From Epiperipatus broadwayi (lineage: Eukaryota; Animalia; Onychophora), in NCBI GenBank assembly GCA_028023455.1, contig JAQFVV010000002.1, positions 4,650,001 to 4,714,000 on the forward strand: DNA of 64,000 nucleotides. The letters run 5' to 3'. Position numbers and translations under genes: made by a program. Numbering within the stretch: the first letter of the stretch is position 1; each line of letters opens with the position of its first letter. A model generated the notes under the pieces. It had not been told where the DNA came from and ran no database searches. It saw nothing but the letters and a program-made list of their open reading frames with translations. Positions 23,942 through 37,900 of this stretch are shown here, piece after piece.

Positions 23942-24460
23942 TAGCTCTAAACAAGCCTTTTTTTATGATAAATGCCACAAGAAAAAGCATTTGAAATATT
24001 TATCTAGGATTGTCCCCAGACCAGTTTTGAGCTATGGCTTATAATTTGGCTGTTAAAGCTTTGACTATATTAAATTTCTAAGCCTACTAATATCTGGGGT
24101 CACTGACTTTAGTTCAGACCCTTATAGCTTCTTCAGTTGAAGAGCTAAATTTGAAGACATATAGATGACTGAAAATTTCAGAGCTTCTTCTTAATAGTTA
24201 AGTATTAGATAAATGCTTGAGATAATATTCTAATATAATATCATGGCCCCTCACTGAAGAGAGCCATAGCTTGAAACTGGTCTGGGGTTGGAGACAATCA
24301 TAGATAAAGATTTCAAATGCTTTCTCTTATGGCATTTACATAAAAAAGCTTGTTTAGAGCTATCCACACTCTTTATTTATTACATATTGGTAATGCATGC
24401 TATATAGGTTGTGTGATATATGACTTGTTTTCATTAATATATAATAACAGTTCTGTTATA
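23942..24460 (+). mobile_element. family A unit preceded by an inverted partial copy (Penelope-type fold-back)
   Basis: 23942-24039 is an imperfect reverse complement of 24262-24362. 24041-24450 is homologous to 62267-62653. Confidence 0.85.
24248..24287 (+). ncRNA. minimal type I hammerhead ribozyme, canonical core
   Basis: CCCTCA-CTGAAGA-GAGC-CATA-GCTT-GAAA-C-TG-GTC-TGGGG. It has the CUGANGA and GAAA core, 4-bp helix II, 2-bp helix III, GUC site and 5-bp helix I. Confidence 0.85.
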
Positions 24461-25899
24461 TGGCCCACAATAATATAGTGTGTGCACAAATATATATAAA
24501 GTTGAAAGGAAAAGTAAAAATAAACATGGACATAACTTTTTGTAGATATTTTTCTACATTCCTGGAATAATAATAACTGTAAAGGGTTAAATTATTCTGA
24601 ATTTAAAATTAGAATTTTATTATAAATTAAACAGTTAAAAGGGTCTAATTAATATTGTATTCTGATTTTGGAATTAAAAAAACAAGCATGTTTTATATCT
24701 AAAATAGAACTGATAATTGTAAAAATATCTATAATCTATTTTTAAAAATCTTTGATAAGATTTCCCAATGTAGCTTTCTAATTAAAAATGCTTTTATAGG
24801 TATTAAAATTGTTTTAATCAAGAGAGATAAGATGAAAACAATTTTAAAATGTATTTTTATCATTGCAGATCACTTTTATATAAAGAGATTAGAACAATCT
24901 GGTTTTAGTTTTTGAGTTTAGCTAAAAGTTTTTTGGCGAAGAGTTGGCAGCAATTAGCTGGCCAGAAGAGTTTGGTTTTAATATTTTTGAGCAGTTGGCT
25001 AATAGCTAGCAGCAAATTTGTCTAACATATTTTGTGAAGTAATTAGCTACAGTAGTTGGTAACTGTAGCAGAATAGCTAGCTGCAGAGCTGGTTTCCAGA
25101 GTTATACAGAGATACCATGAAGATGTAAGAAGAAGTAGTCTACTACTTCTATATGCTGGAGATTTGCTTCACATGAACCCAGACCCATTTCTAATGGATC
25201 AATTAACCTGTACAAATGTAAACAAGACCGCTTTCAGGCCTGAAACCCATCAAGCTCTAGACAGATGGGAGATCATGGCAGACCAACTTATCTGGACTAT
25301 ACTTATCTTGATGACAATCCAAGACCAACTCACCAAGGGAATCTCATCAGTTGATGAAGTTGTTAGATATATGCTGCTGTGTATACATTCAAGGAACCAC
25401 AGACAAATGCATCACACCACATATATATAATGTGAGATCTTTTAAATAATTCATTTTTGAAGTGGCATTCTAAAGATGAGATATATAATATAGAATGCTT
25501 TTGCTTAAAATCATTTATTGAGACAACAAAAAGACATTTTGAAATTTATATTTTAAATTCTAAAAAACTTTATATTTAAGAGTGACCTGACAGTCATACA
25601 TACATAGAGAGAATATTATTTTTAGATAATTTATTGAGAAAAGAAAAAGAAAATGACATTTTAAAAATATATTTTTAAAAAGTAATAATTTTTCTTGGAT
25701 AAATAAAAAATGTAAAGGATTAATAAATGATTCTATAATCTAAATTTAAAGACATTGATAATTAATCAATCAAAACAGTTACCAGTTCAAAACTGATTTT
25801 ATTTTTTAAAAAAATATAAAAAAGAAAGCTGTAATAAAGTTTAAAACTGATTTGAATTTTTTTATATACTCATGTATATGTGTGAATTTTATGTATATT

Positions 25900-26760
25900 C
25901 AAAATGAAATTAGTTATTATAAAAATTAATGCCATTTATTATTTTGATAAATTCAAATATGATAGAAAACGAATTTTATTTATATGTTATTCATCAATTG
26001 TACTGCACTCTGTGTGCTTATTTATATATCAATGCATGTGAAATAGACATATTTAGGGAAAAATTAATGCCATTTATTATTTTGACAAAATTAAATTTAT
26101 GTTAATAAATTAATAGATCGCACATCTGTACAATTCTATATACGTGTCTAAGTAAACCTAGTATAAGGTATTTGTATTATTAAAAATATAACTCAAAAAT
26201 TTTAAACATTTTTTATATTTATTTGCAGATTGAAATATAAATCATTTGTACTGCACATGTATGTGCATATATCAGTGAGTGTCAAATAGACACAAAATTT
26301 AATCATTTTTTTGTCATTATTGAATGTCAATTGAAATATATTTATATAATAGTAAAATGTGTGTCTGTATACTTATATGGACTATATATGTAAATCATAA
26401 TGTAATAACTTGAATTTTGTATATTAATCAAGTAAACACACATATATATAATTTAATCCTCTTTTTAATTTTATTAAACGTCAATTCAAATATGTTCAGA
26501 AATTATATGCACACACATGTATGTATGCATATATATGTCAATGCTTGTCAGTATAACACGTAAATTTTAATCATTTTTATTCTTAAATATCAATTGAAAT
26601 GTATTCAGTGTATACTATAAATGTGCATTTGTGTGCATGTCTATATATGTGTTGTATGTAACCCCATTAAGAAGTATTATAAAACCAATTTAATAATTTG
26701 AATTTTATACATTAATCAAAATCATTTTTTATTGTTATTAATAAACTCATATGTTATTGT
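25900..26760. repeat. old degenerate tandem repeat (about 250-260-bp period)
   Basis: Recurring TTGTACTGCAC..TGTRTGC..ATATATCAATGC..GT.AAATAGACA blocks near 25998, 26246 and 26505. AAAAATTAATGCCATTTATTATTTTGA occurs twice. Confidence 0.5.
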
Positions 26761-29565
26761 TAAAATTATTCGAGTGATTTAATTCTAAATGTTTTTAGAA
26801 TGTAATTTAGAATATTATGTAAAATCATCATCTTTTGTTCACTGTAACAGTAATAGAGCTTAGTTCTCTAAGCTAGATTTATGCATAATGGTCTGATTAT
26901 ATGAATGGGGGTGTACATTAGTTTTATGATCATCCAGTGATGATGATGATATTCCCATCAATCATCACCTTCCTCATCATACTGGTTGGTGCTAAGAGTA
27001 TATTCTTTAAGACCCATGCAAAATCATTTTATTTTAGTTTAGTCTTATTAGAAATTAAGTTTATAATGGCCAATACCTTAATGATACTAAGTGGCAGATC
27101 ATTGATGATGATCAGCATGTTTTAATATCCCAGCATTATTGTTTTTGTAATTATATATTTTAAGGTATTAGCATTTAGGTTTGTGCATCCAAATTAAGAT
27201 TTAAATAATCACCCAAACTGGAAAAGGCTAAATAGTTGGCCTGGTCTATAGTAGACTAATTTCAAATCCAGTCACAAGATTGACTGTTGATTTATGTTAT
27301 TATTAATCACTCATATTGATGAATACCACTTATGTTATTTTTACTTATTGATAATGGTGGTGAATTTAGTTAATTATACTTACAGTTGCTCTAAGGAGTT
27401 AACTGTGCTGATTTCCCAGAGAGATATCAAGATCTCTCATGATCTCTTGTAAGATATAACTTACTTACATATATATTTTTGGATGTTAAACATTACTTTT
27501 AACATTTTTAATGACTCTTATTACTTAAATATTATAACTTTAATATATAATTATGATCTGTTTATGTAAATTTTATATTTTGTCTGTTTATGTGGGGATG
27601 TTGCTTCATCATTCCAGATTTGACCATCCCTGATTCCCCATCTCATTACTATATATATATGATTTTAAAAGTATTGCATTAAGTAATGTTATAGATAACT
27701 ATTTATTAGTCTGCATTATAGTGACATGTTTATTCATGTTTAAAGAGGTTTATTTAAACTTCATTGTAACAATATTTCATACTCTGTAGTCAAGTTGCAA
27801 TCTTTAAGTGTCCATACATATTCAATGGACCATTAGTAAGAATGGATTTCCATTTTCTTATTATTAAAAAGGTGAGAAGGTTGCCTTGACAGCAGTGAGA
27901 AATATTGATTATTATATTTACTGTGAATGTTTAGGTGGTGACTGGTTGGAATCTAATTATCCATATATATTGTTATTTAGAAACTAAATCTAAAGTCAGA
28001 TTGTTTTAAATGTAAATGACTTGATAACATCTAAGGCTTACATAAAACATAAAATCTATATTCTGTTGTCAAGGTAACTTCTATATGTAAAAATTGGATT
28101 CCATTTTTTAATTGGCTTAAGATCTTAATACAAGTAAAGAAAACCTGCACTTGGACTATAATAGTTGAAGAATTTTTTTAATTTCCCTATAAGTTTAAAT
28201 AAACCCTATCAACATTAATAAAAAAATATGTTTAAATGGTATATTTTCAGTGGATAATTAAAAAATGGGCAGTGCTTAAAATATTTAGATATTTGTGTGT
28301 TCAGAAATTATAATGAATTTGGATTTCAAGATCATTGTAAAACCTTTGAATGTAAGAGGATTTATGCACTCTTTATTATGTATTTCTTTATAATATAAAC
28401 TTTCAGGATTTAATTTTTTTTATTCAATAATTGTTATTTATTTAAATTTAAGACATATAGTAAACAGAGTTTTGAGAGATATATTAAAGATTTATAAATT
28501 GTGACTATAATAAACTTTATTATTTAGGCATTTAAAATTATTTTATAATTAAGTCAAATCACAGATCAATAAGATTAAAAGTAATAAAAAATGAATTTTT
28601 TGTCTTATTTATATTCAAAATTGAAAAAGATTATTTTTTACTCATTTTAATACTGGATTCAAACTAGTTTGTATATGTATTTGAAGCAGCACATTTGTTT
28701 AATTTTCAACTTAATTCTATTTTGTTTAATCATGAGAAAAATTTTGGACATGGCTTCATATATTATTAATTCTAATAACATTATAAATCAAAATTACTCT
28801 TGGTTTTTAGTCATTTAGTAAGTTTTTTAATAGTCAGTTGCCTAAGTCTAGTGGACTGTATAAAAAAACATACTTGGCTATTTATATTTTAAAAAAGATA
28901 ATTATTATGCATAACATATTAATATACATATATTTATTATTTTCAATTCAGATATAGACTTTATTTCATATATATAATTATGTCAATTTCATTGAAGTTA
29001 TTAGACTATAATAAATATTGAGTAAAAAATTAAAATTAATTAAAGCTCTAATTAAAGCAATCAAGAATTGCAATATTACTCATTTTTGTCTAACAAATAA
29101 AAAATACACGTTAAGCACAATAAAAGAATCTTTAATATTTTACAAGTTAAGATTCTTATTATAGATTCTCATGTTTATACAAATTTGAGATAAATGAGCT
29201 GATTTTGGTAAGTAATAACTATTATTGTGTTTACAATATAATTATAAATATTGTAGAAAATGAATAACTTAGGCAAGGAATATAGAAAAAATAATACTAG
29301 AGTATTTCAATTATTTTTCAAATTATATTGATCTAAATTCAATTTATTATATTATTGGACTTTAGGATTATTATGTTAATTATTTTCTGCATGCTTTTTT
29401 ACTTAATGTAAATGTTTTATTAATAGGAATATTTATATGTTTGTTTTTTTAAAATAGAGTAATGCATGATATACAAAAAAAAGTATTTCTAAAAGAACTA
29501 AAACTTTTCCAATAATAATTATCATAATGATATATGTTGATTTTCCAATCTTAATTTATCTAGTT

Positions 29566-31242
29566 CAGCGATCAGCAACCTTTTAGATATTGATGACCAC
29601 TAACATAATTTTTAAATGTACAAATTAATACGAGCATTGCTTATGATATACATTGTGAGGGTGGCTTACAAGCCTGATCAAACCAACCCATAACTACTCA
29701 TAACACTAATTATGTCCATCTCAAATATTAAAATTAGCTTATGTAATAAATTTTAATTAATACACAAATAATATAAATATATGTTAGCAATGTACTTGTC
29801 TTTATTGTCTTATGCATCATTAAAACAAATATGAAATGACAGGCACTGACAATTGTTAAGTAATGAAACGAATAAATGTCAAAGCAGTCTTTATATAAAC
29901 AAGTATGAAAATAAAATGATACTTTATTACATGACTTTTAAATCGATTATCATGGTATAATATCTACAACAATGAACAATTATGGCAACAAAAAGCAAAT
30001 GAAAATTTGAATACGTTAAACAGTAGGAATTACGTGAGATGTAGATATATAACATCATTTTTACTTGCATGATCTTCGTGAATTTTTTTACATGCTACAA
30101 AAGACAAGATGAAAAAAGAGCAAAAAACATTTTGGGAATACGAGAGAAAATGGATCTGTTATTCCAAAAAATTTATATTTTCAGACATATAATTATCATG
30201 TGATAGCACAATAAATAAAAGAAGTTTTGAAAGTGAAATAGAATAAAAATTTCATCTGAGTGAATAAAATCAGAAACTTTTTATACGTATATTGTATCAA
30301 GTAATTATATCTATTCTAATCGAACATAAATTAAGAACATTAAAGACCGCCAATATTCGATGTAGAATTTTAATTAATCATCAACCATTTATAAGATCTA
30401 TACAATGTCAAATCTGATTTAAAAATAGGATATATAATTAGTTACCATAAAGTTTTCTAGCTAAATTGACAATGTCATAGGGGAATCGATGTTTTCCCAG
30501 CCATGGAAGCATGATATTTTTCTTTATCCATTCTTAAAATGCTGAAGAAATATCTTTTGCCTCATATGGAATGCTTATTGATGAATCAAAGGAAATAATG
30601 AGTGAGGACCAAGACATAACTGTTTTGAATACACAATGAACAGATGCCAACAGATAACCTATAACTCATTTAGGAATAATCATCTGTAATGCATGAACTA
30701 TACCTATGAAGGACTTTTCCCAACTCACAAATTTTAACTAAATCGATTTAAAGAGATTGTAAAATCTTGATATGTAATTTAAATTTTTAACTCTTATAAA
30801 TATTTTTTTTTAGTTTCATTTTTTTAATATTTGGAAATGTGAACTTTCTATGATTTAAAAATGTTTCAAACAAAAGTTAAAAAGAAGGGAGGATGGTTAA
30901 CTCTAGTTAAAAGGTTCTTTGGTAAATAAAATCCATATTAGCTTTTCTCCAATCATAGTGACTGATATTTGACTAATTACCACATGATAATAAGGAAAGA
31001 CTTTATTATTATTGTACTACATTAAATACATACACAGTAGTAATTTTGTGTCAAATCAATTAGCAATATAATGTTCTTGTTCTATTTTACATATAATAAT
31101 ACAGCTTAAACAAAATTTATTTTTTATTTACAAATTTTATTAAATGAGCTTAGAGAATTTAAATAATAACTGAATTTTTGTGGACCATTAAAATTGCATC
31201 ATGGACCACCAGTGGTCCACGATCACTGGTTGCCAACTGCTG
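29566..31242. mobile_element. non-autonomous hAT (Charlie-like) element, 1677 bp
   Basis: TIRs CAGCGATCAGCAAC and GTTGCCAACTGCTG, both derivable from CAGCGGTCGGCAAC by transitions, mostly at CpG. Perfect 8-bp TSD ATCTAGTT at 29558-29565 and 31243-31250. No intact ORF. Confidence 0.88.
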
Positions 31243-32479
31243 ATCTAGTTAATCAACAAATCATACTATAGTATTTTGCAAGACTGATTTAATCACTAAA
31301 GAGAAAACTTGTAGTATTATTCCAAAGAAATAGAATCAAAACTTGTTGCTAGTTTGTGTGAAAAAATAAAAAAGTATTTCCTATATTACCTGATTCAGTT
31401 TTAAATTTTATTTTCATAAGAACTGAAATTGTCAATAAGACAAAATTATCTAAAAACTTTTATTATTAAAATACAATGATTTAAATATGCAAGTTTTTAT
31501 GCTAGACATTATTAATATTTGAAATTGAGAATTGAAAACACTTTTGAGCATAAGGATTGCCAAACAATATCAAATTGAATAAAACATAATTTGTTTTTTT
31601 TAAAAAGTTGAAAATTAAAATATATAAAAAACTAAAAAAATATGTCTGTTATTTTTTATATCATAAAAAAATCTTGCTACATGATGATTCTAACATAGGT
31701 GTGTAAGAAATTCTTTGTCATCTATTTAAAGTATATAACTTATGTAGTTTATTTAAAAACATTTGGGTACCAATGGACTTAGGTATCTACATTGCTATAT
31801 ATATTTATTGATCATTTAAACACTGAATCCATGTATGAAACAATATTGAGAAAAGTAATCAATAAATTTAAGATTCTTTTTATTTTAAAAAGTGATTTCT
31901 TATAATAGTATGTAATAAGGACTTACAAATTAATTTATAAATTAAAAGTGTAATTTAAAATTTCTAATTGCTAGTAATTGACATATTTATTTCAAACTTT
32001 TAATATTAGTTATCTTTTTAATTTTGTTATTTGGTTTTGGAAAAAAAAAAATAATGGGGGAGAAAAAAAATATAATTTTAAGTTTTAAAATTTGATTTTT
32101 TTTCTAATAGTATCTAATAATAACTTATAATTTAACTTATAAATTAAATGTATAATTTCAAACTATCTCATTACTTTTAATTGACAACTTTGTTTGGAAT
32201 TTTATTATTATTTGTTTTTTAAATTTTTTATTTGGATTTCAAAAAGTGATTAATAAAATACAGCCAATTGTAAGAAGTCTAGAGTTTTATGAAAACAATG
32301 CTAAAGGCCAAAATATTTGTTAGTTATAAATTTATTATTTTTCATCTAAGACATTTTTTGTTGTTGTTATTATATACAAATTACAATAAAACAAATATAA
32401 AACAATCCAAACAAAAATGACCTGGCCTTGAAACAACAACAAATCAAATGATGGTTAAACAATGCACTTTAAATTCCCT

Positions 32480-32600
32480 CTTGCTTAGTACTTTTTTCTT
32501 TTGTGCATCATAGCTGCAAACTCGTCTATGATGGAATGTAGTTCACATTCAGCAATGTTAAGGAGAATCTCTGGCAGTTACTTCACCATAGAAATATTTT
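32480..32600 (-). mobile_element. hAT transposase dimerisation-domain remnant
   Basis: Minus strand LPEILLNIAECELHSIIDEFAAMMHKRK resembles the hATC end L..L.IE.E......IIDEFA..K.RK. Confidence 0.4.
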
Positions 32601-32929
32601 TAAAAAAATTATTTTAAACAATGACATATAGAACTCAGCAAGTTCTCTTAGAATCCCAAATGGCTAGGGTTCTGGGATGATAAGATCTAAATGAATAGCA
32701 GAAAGTTTAGTGTTATATTTCTTTTAGAAAAGTGAAAAGAAAACACATTACAACACTATAAATGAAATGATTATTTTAAAATTTCTTTATCAAATACAAC
32801 ATTGTAATGATATACATAAAGAATACAAAGTTTATTTTTAATTAATTTTTTTTAAAAAAAGTATTTATTGTAAGATACAAAAATGTTTTATTTTTAACTT
32901 TTATATTAAAAAAGGCAAAACTCACTATA

Positions 32930-33066
32930 CATATTGCCACAGCACAGCAAGTTAAGAGTAATCAATGGATGCCAGAAGGCTTGTACATAAAATCCCTATC
33001 TAGTGCCTACATATCCAATATCCCCAGACTAGTTTCTGGCTTGTGGCCTTCATCAGTGAGGAGCCA
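32930..33066 (-). mobile_element. family A fragment with hammerhead motif (33021-33062)
   Basis: About 96% identical over ~110 bp to 2425-2536. The hammerhead sequence is identical, including helix III ACTAGT. Confidence 0.8.
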
Positions 33067-33469
33067 GTCATTAAATCTTAAACTCACATTTTAGTTTTAA
33101 TAATTTGATTAAAAAATAATAAATAGCAAAAAATAATTGCATTATTCAATATTTATAATACTGAAATAAGCACAAGCAATAAAAGTTAGTGATTACAATA
33201 ATGCTATTTTACCCCTCACCATAAATTTTACTAGGTTTCTCTAAAACCTTTGTATAGACACTTAACAAGTCATATTTTGTACGTTTGATCCTTTAAAATG
33301 GGGATAAATTACTGGGTATATAGACAGAAATATAACATGTAAATAGATAGTTGGATAAACAAATAGAGAGATATAAAAATAGATACATATAAAGGCTAAT
33401 GGGAAGATAGATAAAGGAAATATATATACATATAGGTAGGTAAGAGGGTAATGTATAATAATTGTTCTA

Positions 33470-33800
33470 AAGTATAATAATCATAATTTAAATTTTTTTA
33501 TTGACTTTCTTATGATAATATTATTTAAAATATTATATCTTATAAAATGATTCTCACAAGTTCAATATGTCATCCCATATATCATAAATTCGTGGAATTT
33601 TGTATCAAATTTTGAAGTTGTAGTAAAATAATCTAGCATTGATTTTCATGTAAACACACATACACAATTAAAATTTAATAAGAGACAATACGCTATGAAA
33701 ACATCCAATTTTTAAAAAATGTAACTGAGTGATTTAAATAAAATTAATAAAACAATAATCATATTATTTATATTCTATAATTATACTTACTAACATTTTA
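33470..33800. repeat. unclassified interspersed repeat, copy 1 (second copy about 37400-37720)
   Basis: Colinear similarity, e.g. TTATAAAATGATTCTCACAA...CATCCCATATAT...CATTGATTTTCATGTAAACAC...CTATGAAAACAT.CAAT, at both loci. Confidence 0.75.
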
Positions 33801-35754
33801 TTTACTTAATTAAGTTAGATAATAAAGAGTTATACTAATATTATCCTATCAGCTTGATCTGAAATTGAAAGTGTGAATTTGAATTTAATGCAATACATAG
33901 AGAAGATGCAGAAGAAATTTAGTAAAATGCTTAGTAAATTTAAAGTTGATTCTGATGTTAAATTTGATAAATTAGATGCATCTACCACTGATTCAGATAT
34001 TAAGTATAATACATTGGATATTGAGTTAGAGGCATTTTATGAGTTGAAAGTTGAGTTTAAGGAATCTTAAATTAGATTGGATAAGTTTAAGGCTTAGTTA
34101 AAATACTGTTTTTAAAACTAATTTTAATGAATTAAAGACTGACTGTGCTCACTAAGTTTAGTATGAGGTTTGATAAATCAAAAATTGATTCAAATGCAAA
34201 TAAAGCTGATTTGATGCTGAATTAGATTTTAGACTAGATGTGTTTAGTGTTAAGGTAGATGAAACAAAAATTGAATCTAAAGTTGAACTTGAAGAATCTG
34301 TAGAAACTAGTAAAGGTGGTAACACTTAGAAAAAGGGTAATTTTTGAAGCATAGTAAAAATAATATTATTATAAATGATAAAACGTATATAGATAAAATA
34401 CTTACTAGTAAAGTTGATAAATATTGGGCTCCTCATGAGATAATTAATTTTGATTGTTTATTAAAGATGACTACCTTGGATATGTATGAGCTATAGAAAG
34501 GAAATAGCTTTATATGGTATTAATTTGAGGGAAGTAAAGTATTATCAACTTAATGATGTGAATGAAAGTTATAATCTTTATTAGGTGATGGTGTAAGGTA
34601 TTATAAATTTCTTTTTGATAAGAGAGATTATCACATTAGAAAACATGATCAGTGGATAATATGTGAAAATCAATCAAATATAGTGTAGGGTTTGGTTCAT
34701 TTCATTCCATAACTAATGACAATAAAGCTAGTAATGTTTGTTTGGTGAATAGTTGTAATTACTTAAAAATTAGGTCATTCTATAAGGATACATATGTTTT
34801 TGATCTTATTGATTTTGATGCAATAAGTCATTGGTATAGTTATACTTATGGATATAAAATGATTGTACAAAATATAAATAATTAAGAATTTAATAATAAT
34901 GAATATCTAGGTAATTTTGTCTGGTACAAAGTTGTTATATTCATGTGGAAGAAACAAATTGAATATATTATTGGTGATATCAAGAGTTATCATTTTGATT
35001 TGTTTAAAAAAGGGTATAAAAATGTAATTTATAACATATCTTTTGTTTGAATACAATAAATATAAAAATATATGCATTGTTAGAAAGAGCAAATATGAAA
35101 ATGATAAATCTGATAAAATAGTCATTACCTCGAATAAAACTTAAGAAAAAAAGAGATTCTTAATATTTTAAAAAATGTTTATTTTTACATTAGTTCACAA
35201 ATTTTAAATTTTAAAAGTTAAATGTTAAAATGACATTTTCAAAGAGAGAGCTTCATCACATTTATCATAAAATGCTGAAAAAATTGATATATAACTTGAC
35301 TTACCTGAGATAATCTTTTATTTAAAAAATTATAAAAACAAAGCGAGTGGTGACTTCCATTTTTACTAGAAGACTCAGATCTTGTTTTTTTCATGTAGGG
35401 TATCTGCTAGTCCTTCCATGCAGAGTATCTGTCAAAAATATGTTTGTTTTTAGTATGGACAAAAAAAATAACAGTAAGAACAATGTATGAAATATTATGC
35501 AAATGAAACATTAGTAAATTTTAATGCATGAAAAAATATAATTAATTATTATATTATTAAAAAATAGGGGGAGGAATGACCTAAAATATGTATACTTTTC
35601 AAGTAAAAAAAATGTATTCAGAAAATAAATATCAAACAAAAATTTCTCTAAGATAAAATGAATAAAAACTAAGTAAATCAATAAACATCAAAATAAACAA
35701 ATTTATTATGAGCACTAATTATATACATGTGTGTGGGAGATGATGATCTAGACT

Positions 35755-35850
35755 AACTGATGTATGAGATAGAGTGGATGGCTGAGGGTGCTTGAAAGTC
35801 TGTGTTCAAATCCCTTATATTACATCTAGACCCCAGGTATATAAAATATT
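35755..35850 (+). mobile_element. diverged family B fragment
   Basis: TATGAGATAG.GTGGA...TGAAAGTCTGTG.TCA..TCCC..TATTACAT.TAGAC..CAGGTATATA matches about 57095-57180. Confidence 0.6.
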
Positions 35851-36429
35851 CTTGAATTTAAAATATTAAAACTAAAATAAATGTAAATACAATGAAATAA
35901 AAAGGTAATCAAAAATACTTATTATATAGAAGTCATAAGAAAATTGATGGTGAAGATACTGTAAAACATGAATACAAAACATTGAGTAAGATGGCTAGAG
36001 TTCAAACTGTCTCACCTAAAACAGACAAAATCAAGAGATTACAAAAATGTAACAAATAAGTATAATGATACTATAATCATGCAATAAATGAATGATCATC
36101 TAAATAAAATATGATTTATTTTACTTATTGTGGGCCATATAGGTATATGATTCTGAGTCTTGATGTGTGTTTTTATTGTCGTTGAAATGTAAATTGCCTA
36201 AAATTCCAATAAATCAATCTTGGAACAACCCGATTGATGCAATAATTCTTTTTTAAACCAAATGAATTTGAATCTAGTCATACATAGTGTATTACAAATT
36301 TGAATGATCATGCCTAAAAGTGCATTCAATTCATACATTGAAATATTGACCACTTCAGAATTTCTTTCCATTCTTTAGCATATTTATTGCTTTCACACAC
36401 ATATAATCATTTATTATATATAGAGCTCA

Positions 36430-36545
36430 CAAATAAGCTCTTAACAATCTTTGCAGAATATACCCAACCCCAGACTGGTTTCTGCTACTAACTTCCTCAG
36501 TGAGGTGCTAGAATATTCAAGCATTAGATCATATATATATATTTA
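36430..36545 (-). mobile_element. family A fragment with hammerhead motif (36468-36505)
   Basis: Minus strand CCTCA-CTGAGGA-A-GT-TAGTA-GC-A-GAAA-C-CA-GTC-TGGGG. Homologous to about 11890-12000. Confidence 0.7.
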
Positions 36546-36579
36546 TAAAAAATGTAATAAAAAAACACTAATTGAATAC

Positions 36580-36730
36580 TCATGAGTGATGGGAAAATTT
36601 AGCCCTGGCATTCGCGACTCATAAACGTTATTGTTCAGAATTGAATCCGAGTCCGGTCGTGAAGAAGGCCTTGGCATAAACTCCATATTCAAATCAGATG
36701 CAAAACAAGCAGTGAGAGAATCCACTTCAG
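36580..36730 (-). CDS. candidate internal coding exon of an unidentified host gene (151 nt)
   Basis: Acceptor ATGTTTTACAG| at 36731. Open frame EVDSLTACFASDLNMEFMPRPSSRPDSDSILNNNVYESRMPGLNFPITH. Locally high GC with several CpGs retained in a CpG-poor background. Possible weak donor GA|GTATTC at 36579. No TE similarity recognised. Confidence 0.5.
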
Positions 36731-37399
36731 CTGTAAAACATTTATATGATTACTAAATCTAAAAAAATCAGAAAAAAAATTATAAAAAAATCCCAATTTC
36801 ATCATACAAAAAAATATGTACATCATTTTAAAGGCAACAATATGGTGTAAAGAATGAAATAATACTGATAAGTGTAAGACTTACTGATTTTGCACAAAAG
36901 CAATGCTTATTCAAAATTCTGAAATGGGGTAGTAAAGTGGTAGGTTGGGCTCAAAAAGAAATTTAATAGCATGTTCATTTAGTGTGAAAGTAAATTAAAA
37001 ATGTGTGGATAGATGTAAGTTTTGCATTAAGTAAAATAATTATAGTTTGTTCTAATAAAGATAGCATATTTAGAGATTTTGTATCATATAGTATGAGAGA
37101 AAATTATATACAGGATTTGTAAGATATATAATATGTATTTGTCAAAATAATTAGTCTATTTTAATTTTAATTATATGAATTTAAAAATGGGGTATATGTA
37201 ATTTTTCTCTATTTTAAAATATTAATTTGCTATTGAAGGTAAAAGTCAATATAGTAATTATAATAATAATTAAGTCATTTAAAATCTTGATAAATATCTA
37301 GTTATTACTATGTTATAGCTAATATAAACTTTAAAAAGCCAAGAAAATTTTTTACATTGGAGAAAGGCAAATGTAATATATGAGAATCATTCTAAAGCA

Positions 37400-37720
37400 T
37401 AATAATAAGCATAATTTAAAAATTTTTATTGACTAATTGTCAAGATAATATTATTTAAAGTTTTATACCTTATAAAATGATTCTCACAATTCGAATTTGC
37501 CATCCCATATATTATGAATTTGTAGAATTTTCTATCAAATTTTGACATCATGGTGAACTAATCTAACATTGATTTTCATGTAAACACCCATATTAAATTA
37601 AAATATAATAAAGGGACAATACACTATGAAAACATACAATATTTTAAATATGTACATCAATGATTTAAAATAAAATTAATAAAGCAATAGTCATATTAAT
37701 TTTTACATAATATTACATTG
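37400..37720. repeat. unclassified interspersed repeat, copy 2 (see 33470)
   Basis: Colinear similarity to 33470-33800. Confidence 0.75.
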
Positions 37721-37900
37721 ATCTATAATAGTTAATATAATTTTAATTTAATGCTTTAACATGTATCTGTATGCATAAATATATATATATAAATTTTAAA
37801 TGAGTACTATTATGAAAATTCTAATACAAAGTTATTTTAGTAATCAAGTAAAGTGCTTGTTTATTATGAAAATAAATAGAAAAGTAAACCAAGAAAATAA

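Noticed and set aside
24930-25430. Gag-like ORF 25164-25430 with a GC-richer leader
   Set aside because: It looks like old TE coding sequence, but no diagnostic motif, LTR pair or second copy supports a call.
27876-28082. 20-bp imperfect inverted repeat about 170 bp apart
   Set aside because: Only ~80% identity over 20 bp, with no TSD or family member seen.
33850-34330. K/D/E-rich decayed coiled-coil frame (ORF 33873-34070)
   Set aside because: Multiple stops and no recognisable domain; probably an ancient gag/ORF1 remnant, unassignable.
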